Positions 1 through 10,200 of a DNA stretch of 64,000 nt are shown one piece after another. The notes beneath the pieces were generated by a model. The model saw only the letters and a program-made list of their open reading frames with translations. It made no database searches and was not told where the DNA came from. Numbering within the stretch: position 1 is the stretch's first letter; each line of letters opens with the position of its first letter. Source of the stretch: Ramlibacter sp. 2FC (GTDB taxonomy: Bacteria > Pseudomonadota > Gammaproteobacteria > Burkholderiales > Burkholderiaceae_C); the NCBI GenBank assembly GCA_943369755.1, contig CALROG020000005.1, positions 49,689 through 113,688 of the forward strand. Direction: 5' to 3'. The position numbers and the translations under genes are program-made.

Positions 1-99
1 GACGACCACCTGCGCGCCATTGGCCACTGCTTTGCGCAGCAGTCGGCAGGCATAGGACAGCTTGTCGGGCGCGTTGAAATGGAAGGCGACTTCGGTCAT
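1..99 (-). CDS. holC: DNA polymerase III chi subunit, first 33 codons only (gene runs off the left edge)
   Basis: Reverse-strand ATG at 99 reads MTEVAFHFNAPDKLSYACRLLRKAVANGAQVVV, a chi-like N-terminus. It lies immediately downstream of pepA, a common arrangement. Confidence 0.6.
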   Translation of the reverse strand, partial: MTEVAFHFNAPDKLSYACRLLRKAVANGAQVVV

Positions 100-130
100 C
101 AGTTGGATTGCGCGCGGGGCCGCAAATAGC

Positions 131-1633
131 CTACTTTCGAGCTATTTTTTTGGCGGGCTTTTTTGCGCTGGCTTTCGCGGCCGGCTTGGCCGACTCCGCC
201 AGCGCCGCGATATAGCCCAGCAGCAAGCCCACAGGCCGCCCCGTGGAACCCTTGGCCGCCCCGCTCTTCCAGGCCGTGCCGGCAATGTCCAGATGCGCCC
301 AGGGCATCTTGGCTACAAAGCGCTGCAAAAACTTGGCCGCGGTGATCGCGCCTCCCGCGCGGCCCGCCACGTTGGCCACATCGGCAAAATGGGTTTTGAG
401 GCCTTCAGCGTAGTCGTCGTCCAGCGGCATGCGCCAGCACGGGTCCAGCGCCCGCTCGCCCGCAGCCTGCAGCGCTACCGCGAGTGCGTCGTTTGACGCA
501 AACAAGCCACTGCGCACGCCGCCCAATGCAATCACGCAGGCCCCGGTGAGCGTTGCAATGTCAATTACCGCGCGCGGCTTGAAGCGCTCGGCATAGGTGA
601 GTGCATCGCATAGGATCAACCGGCCCTCGGCATCGGTGTTCAAAATCTCGATGGTCTGGCCGCTCATGCTGGTGACCACATCACCAGGCTTGATGGCCTT
701 GCCGTCGGGCATGTTCTCGCAGGTCGGGATCAGGCCCACCACGTTGACGGCGGGCCGCAACTCTGCCAGCGCGGCAAAAACGCCCAGCACACTGGCTGCG
801 CCGCACATGTCGAACTTCATTTCGTCCATCTCGGGTGCCGGCTTGATCGAGATGCCGCCGGTGTCAAAGGTGATGCCCTTGCCCACCAGCACCACCGGAG
901 CCTCTGCCTTGGCTGCGCCCTGGTACTTGAGCACGATAAAGCGCAATGGCTCGGCCGAGCCCTGAGCGACGGCCATGAACGAGCCCATGCCCAACGCGGC
1001 GACTTCCCTGGGGCCCAACACCTCGCACTTGACCGGCCCCCCAGCCAGGCCGCGTGCGGCATCGGCCAGATGGCTGGGTGTGGCATGGTTCGGCGGACGG
1101 TTGCCCCACTCCTTGGCTGTTTCAATGCCGGTAACGGCGGCCGTGCCATGGGCAAAGGCACCGCGTAACGCGCCCACATCAGCAGCCGCCACCCCAAAGA
1201 CCACCTGGCGCAGCTTGCGCGCGTCAGCCTTGGGTTTGGTGGTGGTGTAAACATAGCTGGCATCAGCCACGCCCAGCACGGCTGCCTGAAGCGTAGCGCC
1301 GCTGGCAGCCGCCGCAAAGCACAAAACCAGCCGTTTGACCGGTGTGGTCTTCAGCGTACCCACCGCGGCCAGCACGGCCGAACGAACCGCCTTGGCCGAG
1401 CCATCGCCACTGCCGGCCAGCAACACACGTGCAGCGGCGAAGCCTTCAGGCTTGTACAGCGCCAGCAGTTTGCCTGCCTTGGCCTCAAAGTCGCCAGCCT
1501 TTTGCGCTGCCGCGATGACGCGTGACAGCGCATCGCGGCCCGGCTTGAAGGCTTCAGGCACCAGCACGACCAGCGCGTCACACTTTTCAGCGGCCGCTCC
1601 TGCGAGGTCAAGGGTTTTGAGTTGGAAGTCCAT
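131..1633 (-). CDS. pepA: Leucyl aminopeptidase (M17)
   Basis: 500 aa ORF with the M17 signature NTDAEGRLILCDALTY and metal-site context VGKGITFDTGG. Confidence 0.95.
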   Translation of the reverse strand: MDFQLKTLDLAGAAAEKCDALVVLVPEAFKPGRDALSRVIAAAQKAGDFEAKAGKLLALYKPEGFAAARVLLAGSGDGSAKAVRSAVLAAVGTLKTTPVKRLVLCFAAAASGATLQAAVLGVADASYVYTTTKPKADARKLRQVVFGVAAADVGALRGAFAHGTAAVTGIETAKEWGNRPPNHATPSHLADAARGLAGGPVKCEVLGPREVAALGMGSFMAVAQGSAEPLRFIVLKYQGAAKAEAPVVLVGKGITFDTGGISIKPAPEMDEMKFDMCGAASVLGVFAALAELRPAVNVVGLIPTCENMPDGKAIKPGDVVTSMSGQTIEILNTDAEGRLILCDALTYAERFKPRAVIDIATLTGACVIALGGVRSGLFASNDALAVALQAAGERALDPCWRMPLDDDYAEGLKTHFADVANVAGRAGGAITAAKFLQRFVAKMPWAHLDIAGTAWKSGAAKGSTGRPVGLLLGYIAALAESAKPAAKASAKKPAKKIARK

Positions 1634-1674
1634 AATTCAGGCTTTGCTGCGAACCGCGCAGATTTGTCCGACCA

Positions 1675-2784
1675 ATGTTATTCCATTCCTCCATCCGCAA
1701 GGAGCTGGCCCGCAGTTTTGGTGCGTCGCTGGTGGTGCTGGTCACCATCGTGATGACCATGACACTGATCCGCACGCTGGGCCAGGCCACGCGCGGCAGC
1801 GTCAACCCGCAAGAAGTGCTGATGGTGATGGGCTATACCGTGTTGGGCTACCTGCCGCCCATCCTGACACTTTGCCTCTTCATCGCCATCGTCGGCACCA
1901 TCTCGCGCATGTACCGCGACAGCGAAATGGTGATCTGGTTCGCCAGCGGGCGCGGGTTGGCAGGGTTTCTGGGGCCGCTGTTCCGGTTCGCCTGGCCCGT
2001 GCTGCTGGTGATCGTGGTGCTGGCGCTGGGCATCTGGCCCTGGGCCAACCAGCAAACCCAGGACCTGAAAGACCGCTACGGCCGCCGTGGCGACCTGGAG
2101 CGGGTGACACCCGGGCAGTTTCAGGAGTCGGCCAGCGGCAGCCGGGTTTTCTTTCTGGACAAAGACACGCCCGACAACCGCTCAGGCAAAAACATCTTCA
2201 TCTCTACCAACGAGCGCGGCAAGGAAACCGTGACCTCGGCCCGTGCCGGGCGGGTCGAAATCGTGCGTGACCAGCAATTCCTGCTGCTGCTCAACGGTCA
2301 GCGGCTGGAGAGCACGGGCAACGGTTCAGAGCTGAAGATCAGCGAGTTCGAGGAATACGGCAACCGGGTGGGCAGTACCAAGCTGGGCGACGTCAACAAC
2401 TCGCCCGCCAAGACCCGCTCCACCCTCACCTTGCTGCTGGAACCGACCCGCCTGCACCTTGGCGAACTGGCCTGGCGCATCGGCCTGGCGCTGGCCGCGC
2501 TCAACTTTGTCGTGATGGCGGTCACCGTGTCCAACGTCAACCCACGCGCCGGGCGCAGTGGCAACCTGGTGTTCGCCCTGTTCGCTTTCATCGTTTATTA
2601 CAACCTGCTCAACCTGGGCCAAAGCTGGATCAGTTCGGGCAAAGCTGAATTTGCAGAATTCTTGCTGGCAGTGCATGGCGGCGTGCTGGCGCTTGGCCTG
2701 CTGTGGCTGGCCAAGCAGCACAACAACTGGACCTGGCGGGTGCTGCTGCGCCGCCGCGCCAGCCGCGCCAAGGTTGCGCCGTGA
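1675..2784 (+). CDS. lptF: LPS export ABC permease LptF (YjgP/YjgQ family)
   Basis: 369 aa multi-TM ORF with N-terminus MLFHSSIRKELARSF typical of LptF. Divergent from pepA and followed by lptG, the canonical arrangement. Confidence 0.9.
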   Translation: MLFHSSIRKELARSFGASLVVLVTIVMTMTLIRTLGQATRGSVNPQEVLMVMGYTVLGYLPPILTLCLFIAIVGTISRMYRDSEMVIWFASGRGLAGFLGPLFRFAWPVLLVIVVLALGIWPWANQQTQDLKDRYGRRGDLERVTPGQFQESASGSRVFFLDKDTPDNRSGKNIFISTNERGKETVTSARAGRVEIVRDQQFLLLLNGQRLESTGNGSELKISEFEEYGNRVGSTKLGDVNNSPAKTRSTLTLLLEPTRLHLGELAWRIGLALAALNFVVMAVTVSNVNPRAGRSGNLVFALFAFIVYYNLLNLGQSWISSGKAEFAEFLLAVHGGVLALGLLWLAKQHNNWTWRVLLRRRASRAKVAP

Positions 2785-3887
2785 AGACCATCCGCCGGTT
2801 GATCTACACCGAAGTGCTGGGCTCGGTGCTGTTTGTGACCCTCGGATTTCTGGCGCTTTTCTTCTTTTTTGACTTTGTCGACGAGCTGCCCAATGTGGGC
2901 AAGAGCGGGGACGACGGCTACCAGGTCACGCATGCACTGGCCTACGTGGCGCTGCTGTTGCCCAGCCATTTGTACGAGCTGCTGCCTATTGCGGTGCTGA
3001 TTGGCACCATTTTTGTGATGGCGCGGCTGGCCCAAAGCTCCGAATACACCATTCTGCGCACCAGCGGCCTGGGGCCCTGGCGTGCCTTGCGCATGCTGCT
3101 GAGCCTTGGCCTGGTGTTCGTGCTGCTGACCTTTGCCACCGGCGACTACCTGGCCCCAGCGGCCGACCGCACCGCGCAGTTACTCAAAACCCGCTACCAG
3201 GGCCGGATCACCATCGGCCAGACCGGCGCATGGATCAAAGAGCGCCAGGGCGACAACGCCTACACCGTGAACGTGGGCGCGCTGGCCGCCGACGGTGCCC
3301 TGCTGGGCGTGCGAATTTTTGAGTTTGATGCCCGTGGCGCGCTGGTGTCGCAGACTCAGGCCAAGCGTGCCAGCTTTGGCACTGACGCCTCCTGGACGCT
3401 TGAAAGTGCCGAGCGCAGCGAATTCCGCACCCAGGGCACGCAAGGCGTGAAAGTGGAACACCGCAGCCTGCCGAGCTTGCGCTGGCCGACAGAAATAAGC
3501 CCCGAAATGGTATCGGTAGCGCTGCTCAAACCTGACCGCATGAGCGCAATTGACCTGTTCCAGTACATCCGCCACCTGGAGGCCAACAGCCAGACCTCGC
3601 AGCGCTATGAAATCGAGTTCTGGCGCAAAGTGTTCTACCCCCTTAGTTGCCTGGTAATGGTGGTGCTGGCCCTGCCTTTTGCCTACCTGCACTTTCGCAG
3701 CGGCAGCATCACCACCTACGTATTTGGCGGCGTGCTGATCGGCATCAGCTTCTTCCTGCTGAACAACGTGTTTGGCTACATTGGCAACCTGCAAAGCTGG
3801 TGGCCCTGGCTCACCGCCGCCGCGCCCGGGCTGATCTACAGCGTGCTGTCCCTGGGTGCGTTTGGCTGGCTGGTGTTGCGGAGGTAG
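2781..3887 (+). CDS. lptG: LPS export ABC permease LptG
   Basis: In-frame GTG at 2781 overlaps the lptF TGA (GTGA). The product starts VKTIRRLIYTEVLGSVLF, a typical LptG N-terminus. The ORF-track ATG at 2703 would overlap lptF by 80 nt. Confidence 0.9.
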   Translation: MKTIRRLIYTEVLGSVLFVTLGFLALFFFFDFVDELPNVGKSGDDGYQVTHALAYVALLLPSHLYELLPIAVLIGTIFVMARLAQSSEYTILRTSGLGPWRALRMLLSLGLVFVLLTFATGDYLAPAADRTAQLLKTRYQGRITIGQTGAWIKERQGDNAYTVNVGALAADGALLGVRIFEFDARGALVSQTQAKRASFGTDASWTLESAERSEFRTQGTQGVKVEHRSLPSLRWPTEISPEMVSVALLKPDRMSAIDLFQYIRHLEANSQTSQRYEIEFWRKVFYPLSCLVMVVLALPFAYLHFRSGSITTYVFGGVLIGISFFLLNNVFGYIGNLQSWWPWLTAAAPGLIYSVLSLGAFGWLVLRR

Positions 3888-3892
3888 CGGCT

Positions 3893-4249
3893 GTGCTTGG
3901 CGTTATTTTGTTTGCCCATGGTTCGCGTGACCCGCTGTGGCGCAAGCCCATTGAAGCGGTGGCCGAGCGCATCCGCGCCAGTGCGCCGACGGTGCCTGTG
4001 CGTTGCGCCTACCTGGAGCTCAGCACCCCTGATCTCCCCACTTCCGCTACTGATTTAATAGCGGCTGGCGCAACACTGGTGCGGGTTACACCGCTTTTTC
4101 TGGGTACCGGAAAGCATGCCCGGGAAGACTTGCCCTTGCTGATGGAGCAGCTCCGTGCCACCCACCCGGCCATACAGTTCGAACTGCAACAAGCCGTGGG
4201 AGAAGACCCGCGGCTCACCGCACTGATGGCCGAAATAGCCCTGGGCTGA
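3893..4249 (+). CDS. cbiX: Small CbiX-type sirohydrochlorin chelatase
   Basis: In-frame GTG at 3893 just after the lptG stop. ILFAHGSRDPLW and VTPLFLGTGKH are CbiX/SirB motifs. The upstream part of the ORF-track frame overlaps lptG. Confidence 0.75.
   Translation: MLGVILFAHGSRDPLWRKPIEAVAERIRASAPTVPVRCAYLELSTPDLPTSATDLIAAGATLVRVTPLFLGTGKHAREDLPLLMEQLRATHPAIQFELQQAVGEDPRLTALMAEIALG
4044..4092 (+). repeat. Family-A interspersed repeat, copy 1 (divergent, inside cbiX)
   Basis: ccGCTACtgaTTTAATAGCGGCTggCGCAacactggtGCGGGTTaCAcc matches the family consensus. It introduces TTA and ATA codons into a high-GC ORF. Confidence 0.7.
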
Positions 4250-4304
4250 CGTTCTCATAGACCTGATCGGTCATAATGAACCCTTGTCTTAGTAGACATT
4301 CAAT

Positions 4305-5249
4305 ATGAACCTGCATCAGTTCCGTTTTGTCCAGGAGGCGGCCCGGCGCAACCTGAACCTGACCGAGGCCGCCAAAGCCTTGCACACCTCCCAGCCCGGC
4401 GTCTCCAAGGCCATCATTGAGCTGGAAGAAGAACTGGGCGTTGAGATTTTTGCCCGCCACGGCAAGCGCCTCAAACGCATCACCGAGCCAGGCCAGCATG
4501 TGCTGAAAAGCATTGAACTGATCATGCGTGAGGTCAGCAACCTCAAGCGCATCGGTGAGCAGTTCAGCGCCGAGGACAGCGGCACGCTGTCCATTGCCAC
4601 CACCCACACCCAGGCCCGCTACGTGCTGCCGGTGCCCGTGGTCAAGCTGCGCGAGGCCTACCCCAAGGTCAACGTCAGCCTGCACCAGGGTACGCCCGAC
4701 CAGGTGGCCCGCATGGTGCTGGACGAAGTGGCCGAGATCGGCATTGCCACCGAGTCGCTGGCAAACTACCCCGAGCTGGTAACCCTGCCCTGCTACGAAT
4801 GGCAGCACATGCTGGTGCTGCCTCCAACCCACGCATTGGCAAAAAAAGAACGGCTGTCACTGGACGACCTGGCAACCGAACCGATCATTACCTACCACCC
4901 GTCTTTCACCGGCCGTACCCGCATCGACAACGCCTTTGCCACAAAAAAGCTCACGCCGCGAATTGCGCTGGAAGCAATTGACTCAGACGTCATCAAAACC
5001 TATGTGCGCCTGGGTCTGGGCATTGGCATCGTGGCCGAGATGGCGGTGCGGGATGACGGCAGCAACGCCGACCTGGTGGTGCGCCCGCTTGGCCACCTGT
5101 TTGGCCAGAACGTGGCGCGCGTGGCCTTCAAACGCAGCGCCTACCTGCGCAACTTTGTCTACAAGTTTGCCGAGTTGCTAAGCGACCGGCTCGACCGCAA
5201 CCTGATCGCCAGGGCCATGACCGGCCATGTGAATGACTATGAGCTCTGA
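4305..5249 (+). CDS. cysB: LysR-family regulator, CysB/Cbl type
   Basis: N-terminus MNLHQFRFVQEAARRNLNLTEAAKALHTSQPGVSKAIIELEEELG is close to the CysB HTH. 314 aa. Confidence 0.8.
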   Translation: MNLHQFRFVQEAARRNLNLTEAAKALHTSQPGVSKAIIELEEELGVEIFARHGKRLKRITEPGQHVLKSIELIMREVSNLKRIGEQFSAEDSGTLSIATTHTQARYVLPVPVVKLREAYPKVNVSLHQGTPDQVARMVLDEVAEIGIATESLANYPELVTLPCYEWQHMLVLPPTHALAKKERLSLDDLATEPIITYHPSFTGRTRIDNAFATKKLTPRIALEAIDSDVIKTYVRLGLGIGIVAEMAVRDDGSNADLVVRPLGHLFGQNVARVAFKRSAYLRNFVYKFAELLSDRLDRNLIARAMTGHVNDYEL

Positions 5250-6423
5250 CACCACCATCGACCGCACGCCGCTCCTGCAAACCAAGCTGCCCGCAGTAGG
5301 CACCACCATCTTTACCGTCATGTCGGGGCTGGCCGCCGAAAAGGGAGCGGTGAACCTGGGCCAGGGCTTCCCCGACTTTGACTGCGACCCACAGCTTGTG
5401 AACGCCGTCACCGACGCGATGGGCAAGGGCCTGAACCAGTACCCCCCCATGCCAGGCGTGCCGGTGTTGCGCGAAGCCATATCGCAAAAGATTCAGGCCA
5501 TGTACGGCCGCCATTACGACGCCGCGACCGAAATTACCGTCACCGCGGGGGCCACGCAGGCCATCATCACCATCATCCTGGCGGTGGTTCGACCTGGGGA
5601 CGAAGTGATTGTGCTGGAACCCTGCTATGACAGCTATGTACCCAATATTGAACTGGCTGGCGGCAGCGTGGTTCGCGTGCCGCTCACGCCCGGCACCTTC
5701 CGGCCCGACTTCGACAAAATCGCGGCGGCCATCACGCCCAAAACCCGTGCCATCCTGATCAACAGCCCGCACAACCCCAGCGCCACCGTCTGGACGCGGG
5801 ACGACATGCTCAAGCTGCAGGAACTGCTGGCCCCCACGGACGTGCTGCTGATCAGCGACGAGGTGTACGAACACATGGTGTACGACGGGCAAGACCACCA
5901 GAGCGCCGCCCGTTTTCCCGGCCTGGCGGCACGGGCCTTCATCGTCAGCAGCTTTGGCAAGACCTATCACGTGACGGGCTGGAAAATCGGCTACGTGGCC
6001 GCGCCCGCGCCGTTCACGGTTGAATTTCGCAAGGTGCACCAGTTCAACGTGTTCACCGTGAACACGCCGATGCAGTACGGCCTGGCCAGTTTCATGGCAA
6101 ACCCCCAGCCGCACCTGCAACTGCCCGCCTTCTACCAGCGCAAGCGCGATTTGTTCCGCGATGGCCTCGAGGCCACCAAGTTCAAGCTGCTGCCCAATGA
6201 GGGCAGCTACTTTCAGTGCGTGGACATCTCAGGCCTGGCCGTGCCCGAGCGCAACCTGCCCGATGGCGAGTTCTGCAAGTGGCTCACTACCGAGGTGGGC
6301 GTGGCAGCCATTCCGCTTTCAGCCTTCTATGGCAACGGCTTCGACCAGCGCGTGGTGCGCTTTTGCTACGCCAAGAAGGACGAAACGCTACACGCTGCGC
6401 TGGGGCGGCTGGCACGGCTTTAG
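5233..6423 (+). CDS. PLP-dependent aminotransferase class I (YbdL/methionine aminotransferase-like)
   Basis: 396 aa with NLGQGFPDF, INSPHNPSA and the Lys motif SSFGKTYHVTGWKIGY. The start may be ATG 5239 instead of 5233. Confidence 0.85.
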   Translation: MTMSSDTTIDRTPLLQTKLPAVGTTIFTVMSGLAAEKGAVNLGQGFPDFDCDPQLVNAVTDAMGKGLNQYPPMPGVPVLREAISQKIQAMYGRHYDAATEITVTAGATQAIITIILAVVRPGDEVIVLEPCYDSYVPNIELAGGSVVRVPLTPGTFRPDFDKIAAAITPKTRAILINSPHNPSATVWTRDDMLKLQELLAPTDVLLISDEVYEHMVYDGQDHQSAARFPGLAARAFIVSSFGKTYHVTGWKIGYVAAPAPFTVEFRKVHQFNVFTVNTPMQYGLASFMANPQPHLQLPAFYQRKRDLFRDGLEATKFKLLPNEGSYFQCVDISGLAVPERNLPDGEFCKWLTTEVGVAAIPLSAFYGNGFDQRVVRFCYAKKDETLHAALGRLARL

Positions 6424-6486
6424 CCAGCCGCCGTACATGATGGCGTCGGCCATCGCCAGTGAATGTATCTGCGATAGCGCACGCTG

Positions 6487-7167
6487 CTACCGCGCCACCC
6501 AGCCCCCGCAAACCGGGAACACTTGGCCGACAAAGCAGTCTGCGGCACTGCTGCACAGGTAGGCGGCAAACATTGCGTCTTCCTGTGCCGCCACCAGGCG
6601 GCCCAGTGGCACTTCGCGTGCCAGGCGCTCCTGAAAGCGCGGATTGGCCTGCACCTCTGGCGGGAAATACGTGGGGTTGTCCACAAAATTCTGTGCAATG
6701 GCGTTGACCTGCACGTTGTGCGGTGCAAGCTCCACCCCCACCGCCTGCACCCAAGCCAGCTGGGCACCGCGCGCGGCGCTGTAGGTCGAGGCGCGCTTCA
6801 TGCCGCGCAGCGCTGACGCGCTGCCCACCACCAGCACCTTGCCCGAGCGGCGCGCCACCATGGCCGGTGCGGCGGCACGCAGCAGCCCGGGCAGCGGGTC
6901 GACCAGCGCTGCAAACACCTGCCGCCATTCGTCCTGCGTCACGTCCGCAGCTGCGGTGGACGGTGCCTTGAGCGCCAGGTTGGCGACCAGCACGTCAATC
7001 GCGCCCGCCGCCTGAACCACCCGTTCAGCCGCGCCCGGCTCAGCCAGCGCCTGGGCATCTGCCACGACCTGAGCACCTTGCTGCGCGAACACCTCGCACA
7101 GCGTTGGCCCCATGAATTCGGTGCACTGGGTGATCAGGACACGCTTGCCCACCAGGATGTTTTGCAT
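6487..7167 (-). CDS. Atypical short-chain dehydrogenase/reductase family protein
   Basis: ATG at 7167 is preceded by GGAGCC. Rossmann-like N-terminus KRVLITQCTEFMGP and YSAAR in place of YxxxK. The longer ORF-track start would reach the hrpA stop. Confidence 0.7.
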   Translation of the reverse strand: MQNILVGKRVLITQCTEFMGPTLCEVFAQQGAQVVADAQALAEPGAAERVVQAAGAIDVLVANLALKAPSTAAADVTQDEWRQVFAALVDPLPGLLRAAAPAMVARRSGKVLVVGSASALRGMKRASTYSAARGAQLAWVQAVGVELAPHNVQVNAIAQNFVDNPTYFPPEVQANPRFQERLAREVPLGRLVAAQEDAMFAAYLCSSAADCFVGQVFPVCGGWVAR

Positions 7168-7223
7168 GTTGGCTCCAGTCAGAAAACCATTGATATTAGT
7201 TTGGACTTTGGCCACCTGCGCGT

Positions 7224-10200
7224 CTACTGATTCAACTGCCCCCATACCTTGTCCAGCCGCTTGATGCTCACTGGCTGCGGGGTGCGCAGCTCCTGGGCGA
7301 AGAAGCTCACCCGCAGCTCTTCCAGCAGCCAGCGCAATTCGCTCATGCGGTCATCCACGCTGCCCTTGCGCTCGGCCACAAGACGCCAGTAGCGCTGTTC
7401 CTGCGGGCGCAGCTCGGCCAGCTTTTGGGCGTCGCGTGCCGGGTCAGTGCGCAGCTTGTCCAGCCGCAGGGTAATGGCCTTCAGGTAGCGGGCAAAGTGC
7501 TGTAGCTGGGCCCAGGGGGTGTTGGCCACAAAGCGTTTGGGCATCAGGCGTTGGAGCTGCTGGGCCACGTCGGCTGTGGCGTCAGGCTGGTTTTTGGTGT
7601 CTTTCAGCTTGCGCGTGGCACCGGCGTATTCCAGCAAAATCAGGCCCGCCAGCCGTGCCACTTCATTGGCGATCAGGGTCAGCCGCCCCCTGCCCTCGTC
7701 CACCCGGCGCTTGAAGTCCAATTCGTTCTTGGGCAACGGCTCCAGCAAAAAGGCGCGCTCCAGCGCCAGGTCGATGATCTGGTCGCGCAGCTCTTCCTGG
7801 GTCCCCAGGGGCATGAAGGCCACGGCCATTTTTTGCAGCTCGGGGATGTTCTTTTCCAGGTACTTCAGCGCGTCTTTTATCTGCAATGCAAACAGGCGGC
7901 GCAGGCCCGCGCGGTGCTTGGCGGCGGCCACCTCGGGCTCGTCAAACACCTCAATGCTCACCGCGTCTACACCGTCGATCAGCGCCGGAAAACCAATCAA
8001 GGTTTGCCCGCCTTTTCGGATTTCCATCAGCTCGGGCAGCTCACCGAAGCGCCAGGCGGTGTAGCGCTGGTCAGTCGCCTGCGCCGCGCTTGCTACACTT
8101 TTTATAGTGGCTCCCGCAGCATCTACGCGGGCTACAGCCTGATTCGTTGCTTTTTCAGGGCTGGCGGCGGTCACCGCCCCTTTCATTGCGGCCAGCGCCT
8201 GGAAGGCACCGCGCGCCTGTGCGCCCAACTCGGCCTTGAGCGCGCCCAGGTTGCGTCCGGTGCCGAGCTGGCGGCCATGCTCGTCGACCACGCGGAAGTT
8301 CATGAACAAGTGCGGTGCCAGCATGTCGAGCTTGAAGTCGGCTCGCTTGACGTCCAGGCTGGTTTCGTCGCGCACAAGTTTCAGCAACGCGTCGGTCAGG
8401 CTGCCGCCGCCCCAGGCTTGTGGCGTGCTCAAGGCCGCAGCCAGCCGCGCGGCCGACTCCGGCAGCGGCACAAAGCGCGAGCGCGGGCGCTGTGGCAGGC
8501 TTTTCAGCAACGCCTGTACCTTGTCCTTCAGGATGCCGGGCACCAGCCATTCGGCGCGCTCGTCGCTGACCTGGTTCAGCACAAACAGCGGCACTGCCAC
8601 TGTCAGGCCGTCGCGCGGGTCGCCGGGCTCATGCAGGTAGCTGGCGGCGCAGTCCACGCCGCCCATGCGAATCGTCTTGGGGAAGGCGTTGGTGGTGATG
8701 CCCGCTGCCTCATGGCGCATCAGTTCGTCGCGGGTGAGCTTGAGCAGCTCGGGCTGCTTGCGCGCCTCTTCGCGGTACCACTGCTCAAAGCCCAGGCCAC
8801 TGCAAATGTCGGGCGGCAGCTGCTGGTCGTAAAAGGCAAAGATCAGTTCGTCGTCCACCAGCACGTCTTGCCGGCGGGCCTTGTGCTCCAGCTCTTCCAC
8901 CTGGCCAATGAGCTTGTGGTTGGCCGCCAGGAAGGGCAATTTGGTTTCCCAATGGCCGGCAACGAGCGCCTCGCGGATGAAGACTTCGCGGGCGGCGTGC
9001 ATGTCCACCCGGCCAAAATTCACCCGCCGACCGCTGTACACCACCAGGCCGTAGAGCGTGGCGCGCTCCAGCGCCATCACTTCGGCGGCCTTTTTTTCCC
9101 AGTGCGGGTCCAGCAACTGTTTTTTGAGTAGATGGCCGGCTACCTGCTCGATCCATTGCGGCTCGATGTTGGCAAGGCCGCGGCCAAACAGGCGCGTGGT
9201 TTCCACCAGCTCGGCCGCCACGATCCAGCGGCCCGGCTTCTTGCTCAGGTGCGCGCCGGGGTGGCGATGAAACTTGATGCCGCGGGCCCCCAGGTATTCC
9301 GACTGCCCGGAGCCGCTTGTCCTGGGCCCGGTCGACGGGTTCGAGGCGGCTTCTTCCAGCTTGTAGCCAATATTGCCCAGCAGGCCGGCCAGCATCGACT
9401 TGTGCAGCTCTTCGTAGCTGGCGGGCAGCGTGTTCAGCCGCCACTGGTGCTCGGCCACCACGGTATGGAGCTGGGTGTGAATGTCGCGCCACTCGCGCAC
9501 CCGGCGCACGCTGACAAAGTTCTGCCGCAATAGCTGCTCGTACTGGCGGTTGCTGAGCTTGTGCGCCTGGTTGTGGCCGCCGCGCGCGTCGTTGATCCAC
9601 TTCCACAGCTTCAAATAGCCGCTGAACTCGCTTTTTTCGTCGTCAAATTTGGCATGGGCCTGGTCGGCCTGTTGCTGCGCGTCCATGGGGCGGTCGCGCA
9701 CATCCTGCACGCTCAGGGCGGCGGCAATCACCAGCACCTCGTCCAGCGCGCCACGGCTGCGCGCCTCCAGAATCATGCGCCCGACCCGTGGGTCAAGGGG
9801 CAGCTTGGCCAGCTCCCGGCCCGTGGGCGTCAGCTCGTTGGCGTCGTCCACCGCGCCCAGTTCGTTGAGCAACTGGTAGCCATCGGCAATGGCGCGGCCA
9901 GAAGGCGGCTCGATAAACGGGAACTGCGCGACATCGCCCAGGCGCAGCGACTTCATTCGCAAGATCACCCCAGCCAACGAGCTGCGCAGGATCTCCGGGT
10001 CGGTAAAGCGCGGACGGGCGTTGAAGTCTTTTTCTTCGTAAAGCCGGATGCAAATGCCATCGGCCAGGCGGCCGCAGCGGCCTGCGCGCTGGTTGGCGGC
10101 GGCCTGGCTGATCGGTTCCACCAGCAACTGCTCGACCTTGCTGCGAAAACTGTAGCGCTTAACCCGCGCCGTGCCGGCGTCGACCACAAAACGGATGCCG

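Noticed and set aside
62-1317. Several 60-170 aa ORFs overlapping pepA in other frames
   Set aside because: Shadow ORFs of pepA. They have no motifs, and pepA accounts for the whole interval.
2703-2780. Upstream ATG/GTG extensions offered by the ORF track for lptG. The same issue applies to cbiX (3647), cysH (20466), hppA (48981), ilvI (39957), the LOG gene (42782) and others
   Set aside because: The extensions overlap the preceding gene or a terminator. Internal starts give family-typical N-termini, often with a Shine-Dalgarno or stop/start overlap.
7180-7225. AT-rich stretch ccattgatattagtttggactttggccacctgcgcgtctac, considered as another family-A copy
   Set aside because: Only scattered matches (TTGATA, GCG). 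It cannot be aligned to the consensus without many gaps.
8101-8125. Possible sigma-54 promoter (TGGC...GC) inside the family-A repeat core TAGTGGCT..CGCA
   Set aside because: The GG-N10-GC spacing and the TTGC(A/T) -12 element are not satisfied in any copy.
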